Positions 37,090 through 50,700 of a stretch of DNA of 64,000 bases are shown here, piece by piece (positions within the stretch are counted from its first letter, which is position 1; each line of letters starts with the position of its first letter). The translations under genes and the position numbers were made by a program. The notes beneath the pieces were generated by a model. It saw only the letters and a list, made by a program, of their open reading frames with translations. It was not told where the DNA came from and did no database searches. Source of the stretch: Sphagnum compactum (taxonomy: Eukaryota); NCBI GenBank assembly GCA_965153455.1, contig OZ234493.1, positions 29,316,213 to 29,380,212 of the forward strand, read 5' to 3'.

Positions 37090-38880
37090 ACCATATAGCA
37101 AAGTCATGGATTTTTTTCATGTTGAATGACAATAGCATTGAGGTCAACATGCAAGGAATGCAATTCAAGAGGTGTGTGATGTGTCACCTTTTTCAAAATT
37201 CTACAAGTTTTCATAGTTCAACCAAAGTCCCATAAAGGTTTTATAATTTACAACCTTAACCATAGCATCACGACCATGAAAAAACATGTTACAAATGAAC
37301 ATGGTTAGGATTTGGTGAAATACATGGCATGCAAAAATGATATATAGGGTAGAGATGGTGATAAATGGCAAAAATGTAAGCACAAGTTTTTTGTCATGCT
37401 TACAACCATTTATGATTTGTCTAGAATTGTGAAAGTTTACAAAAAAATGTAACCCAATTAAAATGGGGTTCATTGAATATCTTGTTTTGATGATTGCTAA
37501 GGGCTATATGCCATTGTTTATAATGGAAAGTCCTTGGTTGAAGTGAATCGTGCTACATCTTTGTGATTAATGATAATTTCTTTTTTTCAAACAATCTATT
37601 TATGAACACCTTCTTGTTCTATAAAAAACCATGGAAACTAATGTGTTTTTTGCCATTGGTCAATGTGCAACTATGACAACAATGTTTGGCTTGTGGATGT
37701 CAAGGTTAAGCTATGACACATTTTCCTTGGTCATCAATTTCATTAACCAAAGTTGGGTTCCTTGTCACATAATTGTTGGACTATTTGAAGCGCCTAATAT
37801 TTTTGGTGTAGCTTTTATAGAGCAAGTAAGGTTATATTGGTTGAATTCAATTTGACAAATAAAGTCATCGCATATGTCAAGGATGAAGGAACCACTTTGA
37901 ATTATTTCACAATTGCCCTCACTTTTGTTGTGTCATATTGAACCTTTACAATTACCTTAGTCATTTGTTGACTTTGTTTTGGTCATGTTATGTCAAAGGC
38001 ATGTCAATATGTCATAAATGAAGTTAAAGTAAATGTGGGCATGAAGCAAGTCAATTTGAAAGATGCACATGCTATTCTCCAAAAGATAATTACTTTGATT
38101 AAAAAGTCCGAAAGGAGTAGACATGAATGGGAGAAGGTTTGCTATGAAGCTAACACGTTGCACAAAACTCAAAACCCTTGTGAAAACATGTTTTGCTTTG
38201 AATGTAATTTTATTCCAAGAAACCTTAGAATACATGAATGCTATTAACATCTATTACATTCAACAAAGTTATATCTATAGATTATAGTTCCCAACAAAAT
38301 TACATGGACAATGTAATTGAAACCCTAAATTCAATTGTTCATTAGTGTTTGTTGAATCATTGTAAAAGGTATTGGTTATTATATGACGTGCTGTTTACTA
38401 GTTCAGTGATCATCAGGATAATGGGGAAGGAGTATGTGCATCAAGTTGCTATTGTTCCTTCACTTTAGTGTGATGAATTTGCTTGAAGATAAAAAAAATT
38501 GTATGGCAAAATGACTACTAAAGTCATTAACATGTGTCCTTTTCTAGGTTTTGGAAAAATCTTCTTCCGAAAAAAAACTCATAACATGGTTGCTTTGATG
38601 TTGGATCTACATTTCAAAGGCATGAATTACATTTTGATCACATTGGTAGGGATCAAGTTGCCACATTAGTGAAACAATATGATGATTTGGTTGTGTTGCC
38701 CTTGTTGAAAGTTGTTATGGGTTTATTGAATCTAGATCAAGTTTAGATTTAGTTTCTTCAACACTTGAGCTATTTTCGACTTTGATTGGGTTGTTTGGTT
38801 CAATAGCTTCAACACAAGAGGCTATTGAAGGTCTTTCCAAAATTGAGTTATCTTTGCTTTGTACCTTCCATGTGAAGAAT
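37090..38880 (+). pseudogene. hAT-superfamily transposase relic (BED finger plus DDE core)
   Basis: Broken frames read SWIFF..KRCVMC..TTMKKHVTNEH (BED-like), FGLWMSR..DTFSLVINFINQSWVPCHIIVGLFE, KVIAYVKDEG, CFGHVMSKACQY (CxxH) and HNMVALMLD. Many stops and frameshifts. Confidence 0.8.
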
Positions 38881-41380
38881 CTCCTTCAAAAGGATCTAGG
38901 TCGGATCCTTCTCTTGTGCCCAAAAATCATTAAAGTGTTTCTAATAACCTTACAAAGTCTCTAAGGTAGTATGCAATGTTCCATCATAAAATCATCCTAA
39001 ATGTCAACTAACCAAATTGATAATTCTTCGCAATGAAAACTCTCCAAAAGCCTGTAAACCCAAAATGTAATTGAGTGGGAACTGAAAGGGCTCCATAATT
39101 CTGATACCAATTGTGCTTTCACATTAATTAGATGAGGTTCCTCCCAAGTTCAAAATTCTTTTTTGGTGCAATGAACCCAACTTGATTGGCCCATCACTCA
39201 AAAAAAATGAAACTATGGAGGCTCCCCAATATAGAAGGTTCGATTTTGAAGTATAGAGTTCCCCCCTGCCCCCTCCCCCCTTCAAATAAAAAGCTTGCAT
39301 GGAATGTCGACTGTCCACCTTCCAAGTGGAAAACAAAACTCTGAACACCAAACACAACTTGAAAAAAGAAAAGACCAAGTTGGTGCAACTTGGAAGAGTA
39401 TGCTGGATTTGGTAAAAGCAGAGTCTAGTTCGTCGTTTTGCACTGTGCATAATAAGCAAATCCCTACCCCCTAGTTTCTTATTTTCAATGTCAACTCAGC
39501 TCAAATTGATTTTGCTTGTTGCTTGTCCCATGTAAGTACCCTAGTAGGCTAGGGTCAGAGTTGTTGTGATTGTCTTTTTATCATTTTCCACGACAAGATG
39601 ACCACTCATCGCACATTGTCATCATAGTAGTACAAACTACAAAACACAAAACACCTCTATGTCCCCCCCCCCACACAATCTGGTGCTTAAAAATGTCCCC
39701 AAAAAATCATGCATCTATTGCACTTCTCCCAATGCTAACATTTTATTCGATTGTAATGAACCACAGAAGCTGAAGCAAATGATCTATGATATTTGCATGG
39801 TCTTATATGGGGTGTGTGCCGTTCAGTCAAGAGCTTTATATTCACGGCCCATGCATGCCCCATAAGATTTTGGGTTCTAGTGGAGGGCCATTAGGTCCTC
39901 TGAAAATATTCTATCAACTTGGGGGCAGCATAATTGTCGTAAGCCTTATGCAATGCACTCTGATGATGATGCCTTTTGAAACTTCCATAAGCAAAAGTGA
40001 AGGGTAGAAAAAGGAGGAAAAAATATCTGAAACCCTGACAAATGAAACCCTAAACGACAATGCATGCACTTTGTTTATTCTTTTGTTAAATATAACGGAT
40101 AGAAGTGGAAATTTCTGGATTTCGCTTTAGTTGGAAAAAGAATGATTTTTATTTTTTCTTTTGGGGGTGTTATGTTACATCCTAAACAGCAAAGCCTATT
40201 GCATTTCATACTGAGATTTAATAAAATTTCCTTACTTGAAAGAAGGAATAGGGGGTGAAAGGAGGCCCACAGACAGGGTGAAGTTATGGATAACTCTAAT
40301 GTCATTGTTCTCCCAGAGCATTTGTAACTGAAGATCACATCACAATATGCACACATCCCTTCCCCTAGAGAATGTGGTTGAGCCTGTGAGTCAATTCTCT
40401 TCTCTCTTGGGTCTTCAGACATTAGGCCTACTTACATAGTGCCAAAATAGAGAGGCCGGATATTAAAGAGTAACAGTCAAGGAGGCCCACTGAGGACCAG
40501 ATCCACCATTGCCCAGCCCATAAGCTCTTCACATGGGGTTTCAAAGTGATGGCCAGGAAGTGAGGTGAAGAACCGGAGATGAAAAATCCCCATGCTCACT
40601 TCTATGGGACACAGAACTCAACCACTCATGCAATGACATGAGAGAGGAGGAGGCCATGCTGACTTGTATCAGGCACAATACTTGACCACACATGCAATGA
40701 ATGATAGGAGAGGAGTAATAGACCATGCTCTCCCTCGTATTGCATCATCAGACATAGTAGTACTCTACTGTGGGGTGCCATGACATGAGAGGAGGAGAGA
40801 CTTCAGCAGCCATCCCAACCAAACTATCCATTGTCTGGCTTTGGAAGCTTCAAACAACCAAATGAAACCATTTGAGTCCCCAGAATCAGTCCTGGTCTCC
40901 TTGCCCCCCAGAGTGATGGAAGCTATCAATTCCAAGTCACTAAAATCAACAAGTGTCGAGTGAGTGTTGAGGACAAGGAAGGTGTGAAGCTAAAGCATTT
41001 CTTGCAACATACATTAGTACCTTTTTTTTGGGTTTCTTTGTCGTTTTTTCAACAAAAAAACATTAGAAATTTTTGTGAATCTTTTTAAGTGCAAATTCAA
41101 CCACTTTTGATAATTTTGTGCAAACATTGCCCAAATTTCAGATTTTTGGCATAGGTGGCATACTTCTTTTTTATTTTCTTATTTTTTGGCAATTCCAAAA
41201 TTTAATTATTAATGCCTAACCAGGCTACATACTACAGTAGTATGCGCACCAAGAAGAATGAATGGAGTACAGCAGATGCAAGTTCCATTTATGTTGGATG
41301 GACCAGAGAGAACTCAGGAGCTTCTCACAATGGGGACCCAAACCTCTGGACAGTATCTTCTTATATCTAAGGGCAAGCCT

Positions 41381-41907
41381 GGCCCCAGTGAACCAGCACC
41401 CACCAGCTCACCATGCAGGATGGATGATGTGTGGACAGAAAACATTTTTTCATTGTATTCCTGTCCCATAGCTAACCACAGTGTTTAGCTATGTGTTGAC
41501 CATGCACAGTTAGCCACCAAGTGCGGCCTTACCTTCTTACCCTTCTATGTAGGTAGCTAAGTAGAAGGGTATGTAACAAGCAAAGACCCATTCAGTTTTA
41601 CAAAAGGTTATTTGGTTGGTTCTTAGAATTTGGAGAACTGTGATTATATATCAGAACCAGTTCTCAAATATTTTTTAAAAAACCTGCTTATGTATCAGAA
41701 ATTGTTTTTAAAAACCATGGTTATATATATCTTAGAGAACCACATGTTATCAGTTTCCATTTGTGATAACCACCCAACACTGGTTTACACCGTAGCTGAA
41801 CCTTGGAACCTCAGCAACTCAATTGTGGTTCATCCACAACTAAGTCATAATAGGTTTCCAATTGGTTTCCAATGGATGGTGCCTTGGTGGGTTTTGGGTA
41901 CATAACC
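41381..41907. mobile_element. Short derivative of the MULE-like TIR family with a nested hAT-MITE end
   Basis: Forward terminus GGCCCCAGTGAACCAGCACCCACC at 41381. A degenerate reverse terminus at 41820-41907 resembles 42882-42965. An internal CCACCCAACACTG end lies at 41782. No clear TSD. Confidence 0.55.
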
Positions 41908-42881
41908 AGGTGAACCCTCACATGTGGCCTTCAAGGAAGGGTGGCCTGGTTGCATATTGTTAGAAAGTTTGTTGGGGTTCCAAAAATCGTTTCGATCTCT
42001 AAACTGTTTTGTGAAAGATTTGGGAAACAACAGTACTTGGCCTTAATATATTAAGTACTTTCTAAGTGGTTTTTTTTTGGGAAGAAACAATAAATCAATC
42101 TTGAAACTTTCACATTTTAACGAACATAAGGTACACATTCATGAAATAGTTTACTTAAGGAACCTAAGCAACAGCCATAGACCTTTTAGAAGGCCCAACT
42201 TTAGTAGTTGGGATTCGGGAACTTGGAGGGCTTGGTAGTGCAATTGTGTCCTTTGAGATATTTGTTATCCAAACATCTAGGATAGTTCATGGTTACATTT
42301 TAGGGATTTGTACATTTTAGGGAAAGAACATCGATGCAAGCTTCACAAGTACATGAAACTTTGCATGCTATTCACACATTGTATTGGAAAATCTGAGTGT
42401 GGGTTACACCTTGCTTTGAGGAAACTCTGAACACAAACCAACCATTTGGTTTTTCCCATTTTTCAATATATGCATGTTTAGAATATACCCTGATTTGGTT
42501 TGCGTGCAAAATGAACAAATCTTTTTCTTAAAGACTCGACCACAAAACTGGACACTTGAAGCAGTCAAAATCTTTGTGTGGTGCTAATACAAATTGAAAG
42601 GCTTGAAGCCTTGGAGTTTGGAAATGGTGCTAACAAATCTACCATTAATTAGTTTGACATTCAATAAGACCAAAAATAATGTGAGCCCTTTCAACTCCAA
42701 TTTTCCTGATGGAAAATGTTAAATAAGTCAAGTAAGTAAATAAATAGATAGATAAATAAATAAATAGGCCAAGGGTTTTTACTGCCAGCAGTACAAAAGT
42801 CCAGCCAAATGTTTTTCTCTCAGCATGCCCTTTGCCCCTTTAAGATGTACCTAAGTGCGAAAGAAAATGGTGTCCATAACT

Positions 42882-42965
42882 GCCCAGAGTAAACCAGCAC
42901 CCACCAGCACACCATCCATCCACTGGATGCCCGTTATGACTGAGCTGTGGATGAACCTCAACTAA
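42882..42965 (+). mobile_element. Terminus of the MULE-like TIR family
   Basis: GCCCAGAGTAAACCAGCACCCACCAGCACACCATCCA closely matches the right TIR of the 8.9-kb element. Confidence 0.7.
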
Positions 42966-43699
42966 GGTAATATATGATTTGAATGGGTTACAAATACTTT
43001 TTTGGAAAATAACAAGATATTGAACATTCAACAACAAAGGAAAAAATAAAAATTGATCGACCACACATTTCTTTGATTCATGGGGCCATAAGTTGAAACA
43101 TGATATTGCATATCTTCCACCAATCACATGTTGGGAATCAAAATTCTCCTAGAATGTTATAGCCATTATAATATCAAAACCTATAAATTCAAAACCCTTT
43201 TCATGAATTTACCCTCACCTCGAACCCAATCACTCAAGGATTATACTCAAACAACAACAAGGATGGTTGTGTAATGATTATTAAATATTATCTACCACAT
43301 CCCCCTTATGAACCGGTATGGTATTTAGTATTGACCCTTGAACTATCATATCCACCTAATCCACATTGAGATACGTCATAATCAAACACCCAAATTGGTC
43401 CGATCCTCATGTTAAATATTCTATACCTATCAATTTGGCATGTTTTCAAAGGCTTTCGCAATGCTAGATTCAAATGTCACTGCTGATTCCGATATTTTGT
43501 AACCTATCTATGCTAATGGTTGATATTTTGTAACAACCAAGATGTACTAATTCATGACTTAACCTATGGACCTTCATTATAGGGATTGCAACCTAGGGTG
43601 CACATTTTTGCTTCAATTCATGCTTAAAGTGAAGTGCCCTAGTTACCTCATTACGAGGTATAGTAGGTCATGTAGGGCAAATTTTACCAAACGCAAATG

Positions 43700-45250
43700 A
43701 AAGCAAAGGAAAAAACATGGAAAAAAAAATTGAAACAAAAAATAATAAATAGTTCGAAGGAAGAAATTCAAGTTCATAAATCTAGAAGGAGAAAAGTTAT
43801 GCCAAAGGGGGCTATAGGTGAGAGGTAAAATGAGCATGTTGTTCCTAGATGCACTGAACATTATCGTCACTAACAATGTCATATAGATAAAACATTTGCA
43901 CAAACATTTTGTAAAATGCAAATGTTGATAACATTGCAAGAACACAGGTAATAAAGATTTTGTCATACTTTTCAACAATTGTAATACCCTACTCTCTCTC
44001 TCCCAATGTATGAGGGGTCAAGCGAAGGGTTTTATAAGCAAGATCTAACATTAATGACAACATCTTATGGGCTCTCTTTCTCATCATACATTTTAAAGAA
44101 CAAAAAGAAAAAAATTCAAAATGAAACAAACTTCTTATTATTTTTCACAGCCAAAATTCTTCACCCCACACCATGCTCTTTAGATAGAAAATCAACATGA
44201 TCCAAATATTAGATTCATTTTGACATTTCAAATTTCTGATTTGTTGCATGAATTGAAAGCCCATGTCCTTGAGATTGATTCAAAATGTAAGTTGCCACCG
44301 TAGAATAAAAATTATCAACAATAATTTAAAAACATTTGGGAAGTGGTGAAGACTAAAAACCAATTATAGCTTAACATAGCAATTCCCTCTTTCTCTCCAT
44401 AACATTTTGGAATTGCAAGGCCTTTAGAAAGATGATAATTTTGTTACCTAACCTACAAAAGAAGAAAACCATTATTTGTTTTTGAAATCAACAAATAGAA
44501 CTTCAATATCACCACTACAAAAAGAAAACTGAAAATGAAAAGCTTATGAAAAGAAAATGAAAGTTGAATAGCTTATGAGTGTGTTCAGTTTTCATTGGGT
44601 GCCAAACCAAAATTTACATAAGCTTTCATCCATTCTTGTCAACCATTTGCAGATTTTTTTTTCTTTGTTAGTAGCATAGTAACAAGTCTTGGAACATGCA
44701 TGTCCAAAGCTTGTATGTTGAAAAGTTTTTCGTATTCCAAGCACATAACAATTGATCACATATTGTTAAGCCAAAGTCATTGCATAAAGATTGAACCTTC
44801 ATCTTTCACATAAGTAAAATTCTTGTTCTTCAACTCATATTATAAAAGAGTGAAATAAGTAAAATTCTTGTTCTTCAACTCATATTATAAAAGAGTGAAA
44901 CTTTGTTGGGAATATTTGACCCCCTATTTGAGTTGTTTGAAATAATCCAAGAGCCGCATGTTTAGGTTGCCCTTTAACATTTGAAAAGTTGACAAGTGCA
45001 AATACACTATGTGCCACATTTGACACCCCTAAATCAAAATTTGTTGTCACATATACACATTTTGCTAACATAGGGAGTATACATATATGTTTTGACTTCT
45101 CAACCATAATTGATAACATTGTTTGAGAGAATTATTTTGTCAAAGAGAAAACAACATGTGGATGCAAGTAAAGTGCTAATCATTTGAACCAAATACTTTC
45201 CACTACGTAAATAGGCAACTTCTTTTTCACAATCATATGCAATGATCCTT
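43700..45250 (-). pseudogene. Second hAT transposase relic, same family as 37090-38880
   Basis: Broken frames read LPIYVVESIWFK, VTTNFDLGVS..SVFALVNF..GQPKHAALGLFQ and TYVKDEGS. Contains a perfect 45-bp tandem duplication at 44811-44900. Confidence 0.7.
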
Positions 45251-47773
45251 TTGGTGGCAAAGTTTTGCAAAGTTTGGACCTCAAAATTAAAACAGAATAT
45301 TTATGTCATAAACTTCCCTTTTTTGAAAAAATAATTCATCACATTTTGACATATATTTTAGTTTTCAGGTAGGTTTTTTTGGCTTGTTTTCTGCAATTCT
45401 CACACAATTTTCTACAACCATGTCACAAATTGATGCTAATTTTTTTCGGGATGATCACTAATGATGTTAAGCTAGAAAGCCTTTTTCTAAAACCATTGAT
45501 CATAAGGCAAACTTCTTTTAGAATTTTATTTACTTAGCACATTATCCTTTTCAAAAGGATCTATTGCACCAAAATAATTGGACATTACACTTACATTCTC
45601 TTTAGTCTTTGTTGCTAGCCTTTCCAAGCCTTCTTTCAGTATACTATTTAGCTCGTTCATATTTTTGAAAAATTAAAGCATCTTATTTATCCGTGTGTTT
45701 TGTCATTGGAGTTATTCCATTACTTTATGATATTACACATTCCCTAGATGTGTGAGTTAATATAAATTAATTAACTTTTTCATATAACAAGCCACTCAAC
45801 ACATTGTTTGTGGATTATCTACATATACAAAACTGTTATCAATAATACAAAAAAGACAACCATGTTAACAAATTTCTATTATAAAGGCTTCAAAGTTTTC
45901 TTTGTTCATATACTTAATATTGTTGTTAAGAACAACAATTGTTTCTTCAACTGTTTCTCTCATCAATTGTTTCTTCATTTTTAATCTCTCAGGCACTTCC
46001 AATTTTTGAAAGTAGGGAATTCCGCAGATAATTCACACATATATCTTCAACAGACATTTCACTTTAGTCCATAAAGACATCAGGTTCATTGATTCATACA
46101 TTTAATTGAATTTAATTGGTCCATTTTAAAGATTAAAATCCAAAGAAGATTCAGAAATAGTTATCAAAAATAGAGTTGAGAAGACAAAACAAATAATTTG
46201 CCTCTTGTCACATTCTCTATTATACTTAGTATTGAATCTGTTTAGTATGCTATGTTTATGTTTTTCTAATCTGATCATTAGAATTTTGACTATTTACATT
46301 CAAAGAAAAACATGAAGTAGGAACTCGATATTTTCTTTCAAACTCTGTTCGAGTGAAGCCTTAAGTGAACAAAATGTGTTGTGAACTGATGAAACAACAA
46401 ACAATGATTTAGAAAGCACACAAGGTATTAACTCACAATTTGTAGTAAACAAAATCAGCAACATGGACTAATCTACAAACATGAGCATTTACAAAGAATA
46501 GCAAAACTCACTATTAGACAAGTACAAACAATAAGTTTTAAAAGAGCAAAAACTAAACTACACAAGGAACAACAAAATGACAATCAAAGTCTTTCATCAT
46601 TAGACAGGACAGAATGTTAAATGGAAGGGTGTTCAATTTTGGGGGGTTTCTGAATTAGATGCAGCCAACAACATGCACACACAGAAACAAAGGACACAAC
46701 TGAGCCAAAGAAAAAACAGGAAGAACCAAACAAAAAGAAAAAGTAACAAAAGAAAAGGAAGAATACTCACCTGACGATGAGCAATGAGGCCAAGCACCAA
46801 GACCATAGAGGCCCACATCAAGAACACTGAGCCTAAGAGCACATAGGCTAAGAGAACCGAGAAACAAGCACTCAAAGTAGAGGCCAAGCACCCCAAGCAC
46901 AAGCATCAAGAGTAGAGGTCAAGCACTGAGAGCACAAACACCAAGAGTAGAGGCCAACCTCCAAGTCAACCTAATGGGAGGTCTGAACTCCGCAATTCTC
47001 AAGCAAGGGCAGATACCTGGGGACGATGGTTCTCTCCAAGTACCCTCCACTGGTTCTTTCAGCTGTGGATAGTTTGCCAGCATAGCCTCCAGCCCAGGTA
47101 TCCAATGACGGTTCAGCAAGACAGAAGTGATATCCAGCCAACTTTGGAAGAGACCCATTTAAAGCCCTTCTTCTATGGCACATGGTCACTTTTACCTCAA
47201 GGTGCATATGATATTCCCTCACTCAGTCTTCAGTAATGAGGTAGTTTCACAAAGTAAAAGAAAACATTTATTGAATCTTTTTCCTTCATTGTTCAATTTC
47301 CTATGAGATTACAGTTTTGGATGCCAAGAATTTTGGTCAGATCTTGCCCAATTGGCTTATCTTCAATGTGTTGAAAATATCTCATACCAATATTGTCAAA
47401 CTACACAAGATTAACCACATTGGACAAGATTTGGTCATCCGAATAAAATACCTTGACCAAACTGGACATCCAGTCTGATTAGCAACCCGGATTTTCAAAG
47501 GTGGTGTATGTAGGCAAGTTGATGATCTTTTGCATCCATGAGTCAATAGATCTTCAACATTGAAAGCACCACAACCACTTGTTAACATAAGAGTGAGATA
47601 AACAAAACATTTCTTTAGATTCACAAACATTTTGATTTTTCTTAGCTTATGGTCACAGAAAACTATGTACAACGCTAAAATGCCCCTTCACCTAGAGCTT
47701 TATTATTTACTACATATCAAAATATACAAAGTGTAGTTTCTTATCCTCACTTTGCAGTTATGAGGAGGTGTGG

Positions 47774-50700
47774 CTAATTGTAAACCATATATGTAGGCGT
47801 AGCGCTGAACTTCTGATAGCCTTTAATCACTTTGTTCACTGCCTCCAAGAAGTCCTTCTCAGTGACTGTCTTCCTTCGAGCACGAATTGCATACATTCCT
47901 GCTTCAGTGCATACACTGCGTATATCCGCCCCTGTTGCCACCCTTCATATAGCTGAGTACAGACACCTAATAATGAAGACCCTGCAATGGATAATACTAC
48001 CATATACCACAGTAAATATAGAAAAAGATATGAAACAAAAAAAGGATTAAAATGAACCTGTGGAATTGGGGCAAAGTCGAGACAGCAACTCAAAGCGTAT
48101 ACCACGCTCACAATTCATTGTTCGAGTGTGAATTTTGAAGATTTGTGTCCGACTGTCCAAATCTGGCAGCCCAAATTCCACTTTCCGGTCCAACCGTCCA
48201 GGTCGAAGAAGTGCTGGGTCTAGAGTGTCAGGCCTAAGCAATTATCAACACAAAAAAACTTGCAATGTCAAAACAGAGTTTACTGACCCCATCATGTCCA
48301 AAACCATGTCACAAAACCAACCCTAATCTGTTATTGAACACATGCTGCTGTATAGGATACGCATTGGGCAACACAATATAGTTATGTTTTTGCAGTGTAA
48401 TCTATGTTGCAAAAATGTAACCCAAACATGTCTTTAGCAGTAAGTTTTGTTTCTGAGTTCTAGAACCTGAACAATACAAGGTCATTCCTTTAGTAAAGAC
48501 AATGTAAGAGTGCCACATTTCACCATTGCAGAGTTGACAAAATTGTTGCAGAAACCAAGTGGGCAATAATTGCTATAAAACTCTCCCATGTGTTACTTCT
48601 TCTGATATTCTCTAGCTAGAAGTCAACAGTTTGAGTTTCCTGACATGCACCTGTTGGTTGCCATTAGAACCTTGATGTTCCCACGAGCATCAAAGCCATC
48701 AAGCTGGTTTACAATTTCAAGCATAGTACGTTGAACCTCATTGTCACCACCAACTCCATCATCAAAACGAGCTCCCCCAATAGCATCAATCTCATCAAAG
48801 AACACAATGCATGCTTTTTTCGATCGTGCCATCTGGGAGAATCCAGCACACAATGCACTGTTATGACCACTCATTTGGTGAGTTGGGAATGCTAGAGTTC
48901 TTTCATTGTGCCAAGTTTTTTACCAGTACTTATGTTCATTTGCCAAATCCACAATTTCACATCCATTCAGGTGCAAGCTATTGTATGATTCAGAGAACTC
49001 AATTAACATTGAACTATGATATAGTTGTAGCATGTTGAACGAGCATTGGGTCCTCTTTGACACAGTAGAACACCCTTAGAGCAAGCATGAAACAATGTCA
49101 TAAAACAGGATAATGGTCAACATTGACATTAAAAGTCAACACACCACTTAATCCTCATGGGGCAACTTAGGTGCTTGTAGATACATATTTCAGTCTGTAT
49201 CCTAGTACACAGTGTCTAGTTCTATTATTTTATGGCATTTTCTGAACCTGGCATTGAAACATATGTGACTATAAGTGATATAAGTAAAGGGAAAAATAGT
49301 TCCGAAACCAGAATGGTACCTGGAAGAGCTCACGAACCATGCGGGCCCCCTCACCAACATACTTCTGAACAAGTTCACTTCCAATGACACGGATAAAGCA
49401 AGCATCTGTCCTATTTGCAACTGCACGAGCCAAGAGTGTTTTGCCAGTGCCAGGAGGACCATAAAGAAGCACACCCTTTGGAGGGTCAATCCCAAGCTTC
49501 ACAAATTTCTCTGGATGTAGCATAGGCAATTCCACAACCTTCATCCAAAATTTTCCTCATGTTATACAACATAAATTGATAAATTGATTTGGACCCCCCC
49601 AATACAGTGAAATAGGAAAAGACATTAGCATGAATACAAATACATTACAATGTAGACATGACGTTAAAAAAACATAGTTGAGTATAGAATAACATAGGAA
49701 GTTGCTGACCTCACGCATTTTCTCGATTTGCTCTTTGCAACCACCAATGTCTGAGTATGTAATGTCAGGCTTCTCTTCAACTGTCATCATTGTCACACTT
49801 GGATCTATCTTTGGTGGCAATGGGATTTGAATTTGATACTTATTGCGATCCACCCTGTATAGAAATTCCTGCATCAATCCTGTTGGGCCTGTGCATAGTT
49901 GGGGACCCCCGAGTCCTCTAAACTTGGGGTGCATTTCCACTATGCCAAGAATGTGCTGATAGTGACCACAATCACTGTCAAAACAATGCAGAAGAGTGAA
50001 ATACGAACCCAACACGCATGCCCTCCTCGATATCTGTGGGGGATACTTTGTCTCCCAATCCAACCACAAACTGCATAATAATAAAGACAAACATACAACA
50101 AATTATTTCCCATAAGTGAAGCTACACATATGAATAATCCATCATATCATTTCAACATGGGTGGACATCTATCACTTGGCCTTGGACAAGAGGACTAGAA
50201 ACATGCCATTTTGTGGAATCCATTGATGAGTTAAGGCTCTCCTAGACATTCACGAGTTGATGGCTAAAACAATTACCTTAGCAATTTGCTTGACATTGAT
50301 GACATATTTGGAATCATCAGTGCCTGGATTGATAATCAGAGTGCACCGTGCAACCTGCGAAGGTTCAATCCTTAATGTCACAGCAAAAGCTGAATGTGAT
50401 GACAGGTGATGTGTAAATTTTTGCATAATCAGAGTTAGGGAGACAAAATCACATATGATACTTCCCTGCAGATGACTTTCTTTGAATAGAATAATGGTCT
50501 CTCAACATTTTGGGAAGGACCTTCAGTTTGATAGCTTGTATTCTTAGTACATTTTGATATGCGATAATGAAGACAATGAAACAAATGAAGATCTACATCC
50601 CATCTACATAGCATCATGGAAACTACTTAAAAACTGTAGGTCCTTGACGAAAGTCACAACTTAGACTCAGTATCACTTGGCAAATAAGACAATGCGAATC

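Noticed and set aside
40620..40800. Possible miRNA precursor (TGACATGAGAGAGG, CTCTCCCTC)
   Set aside because: Only short partial resemblance to miR156/535/477, and the pairing is too interrupted to support a call without folding or small-RNA data.
46620..47230. Possible LINE 3' end or small gene downstream of RPT1
   Set aside because: Repetitive CAAGCAC/AGAGGCC motifs and short ORFs, but no diagnostic domain, poly(A) tail or TSD that I could verify.
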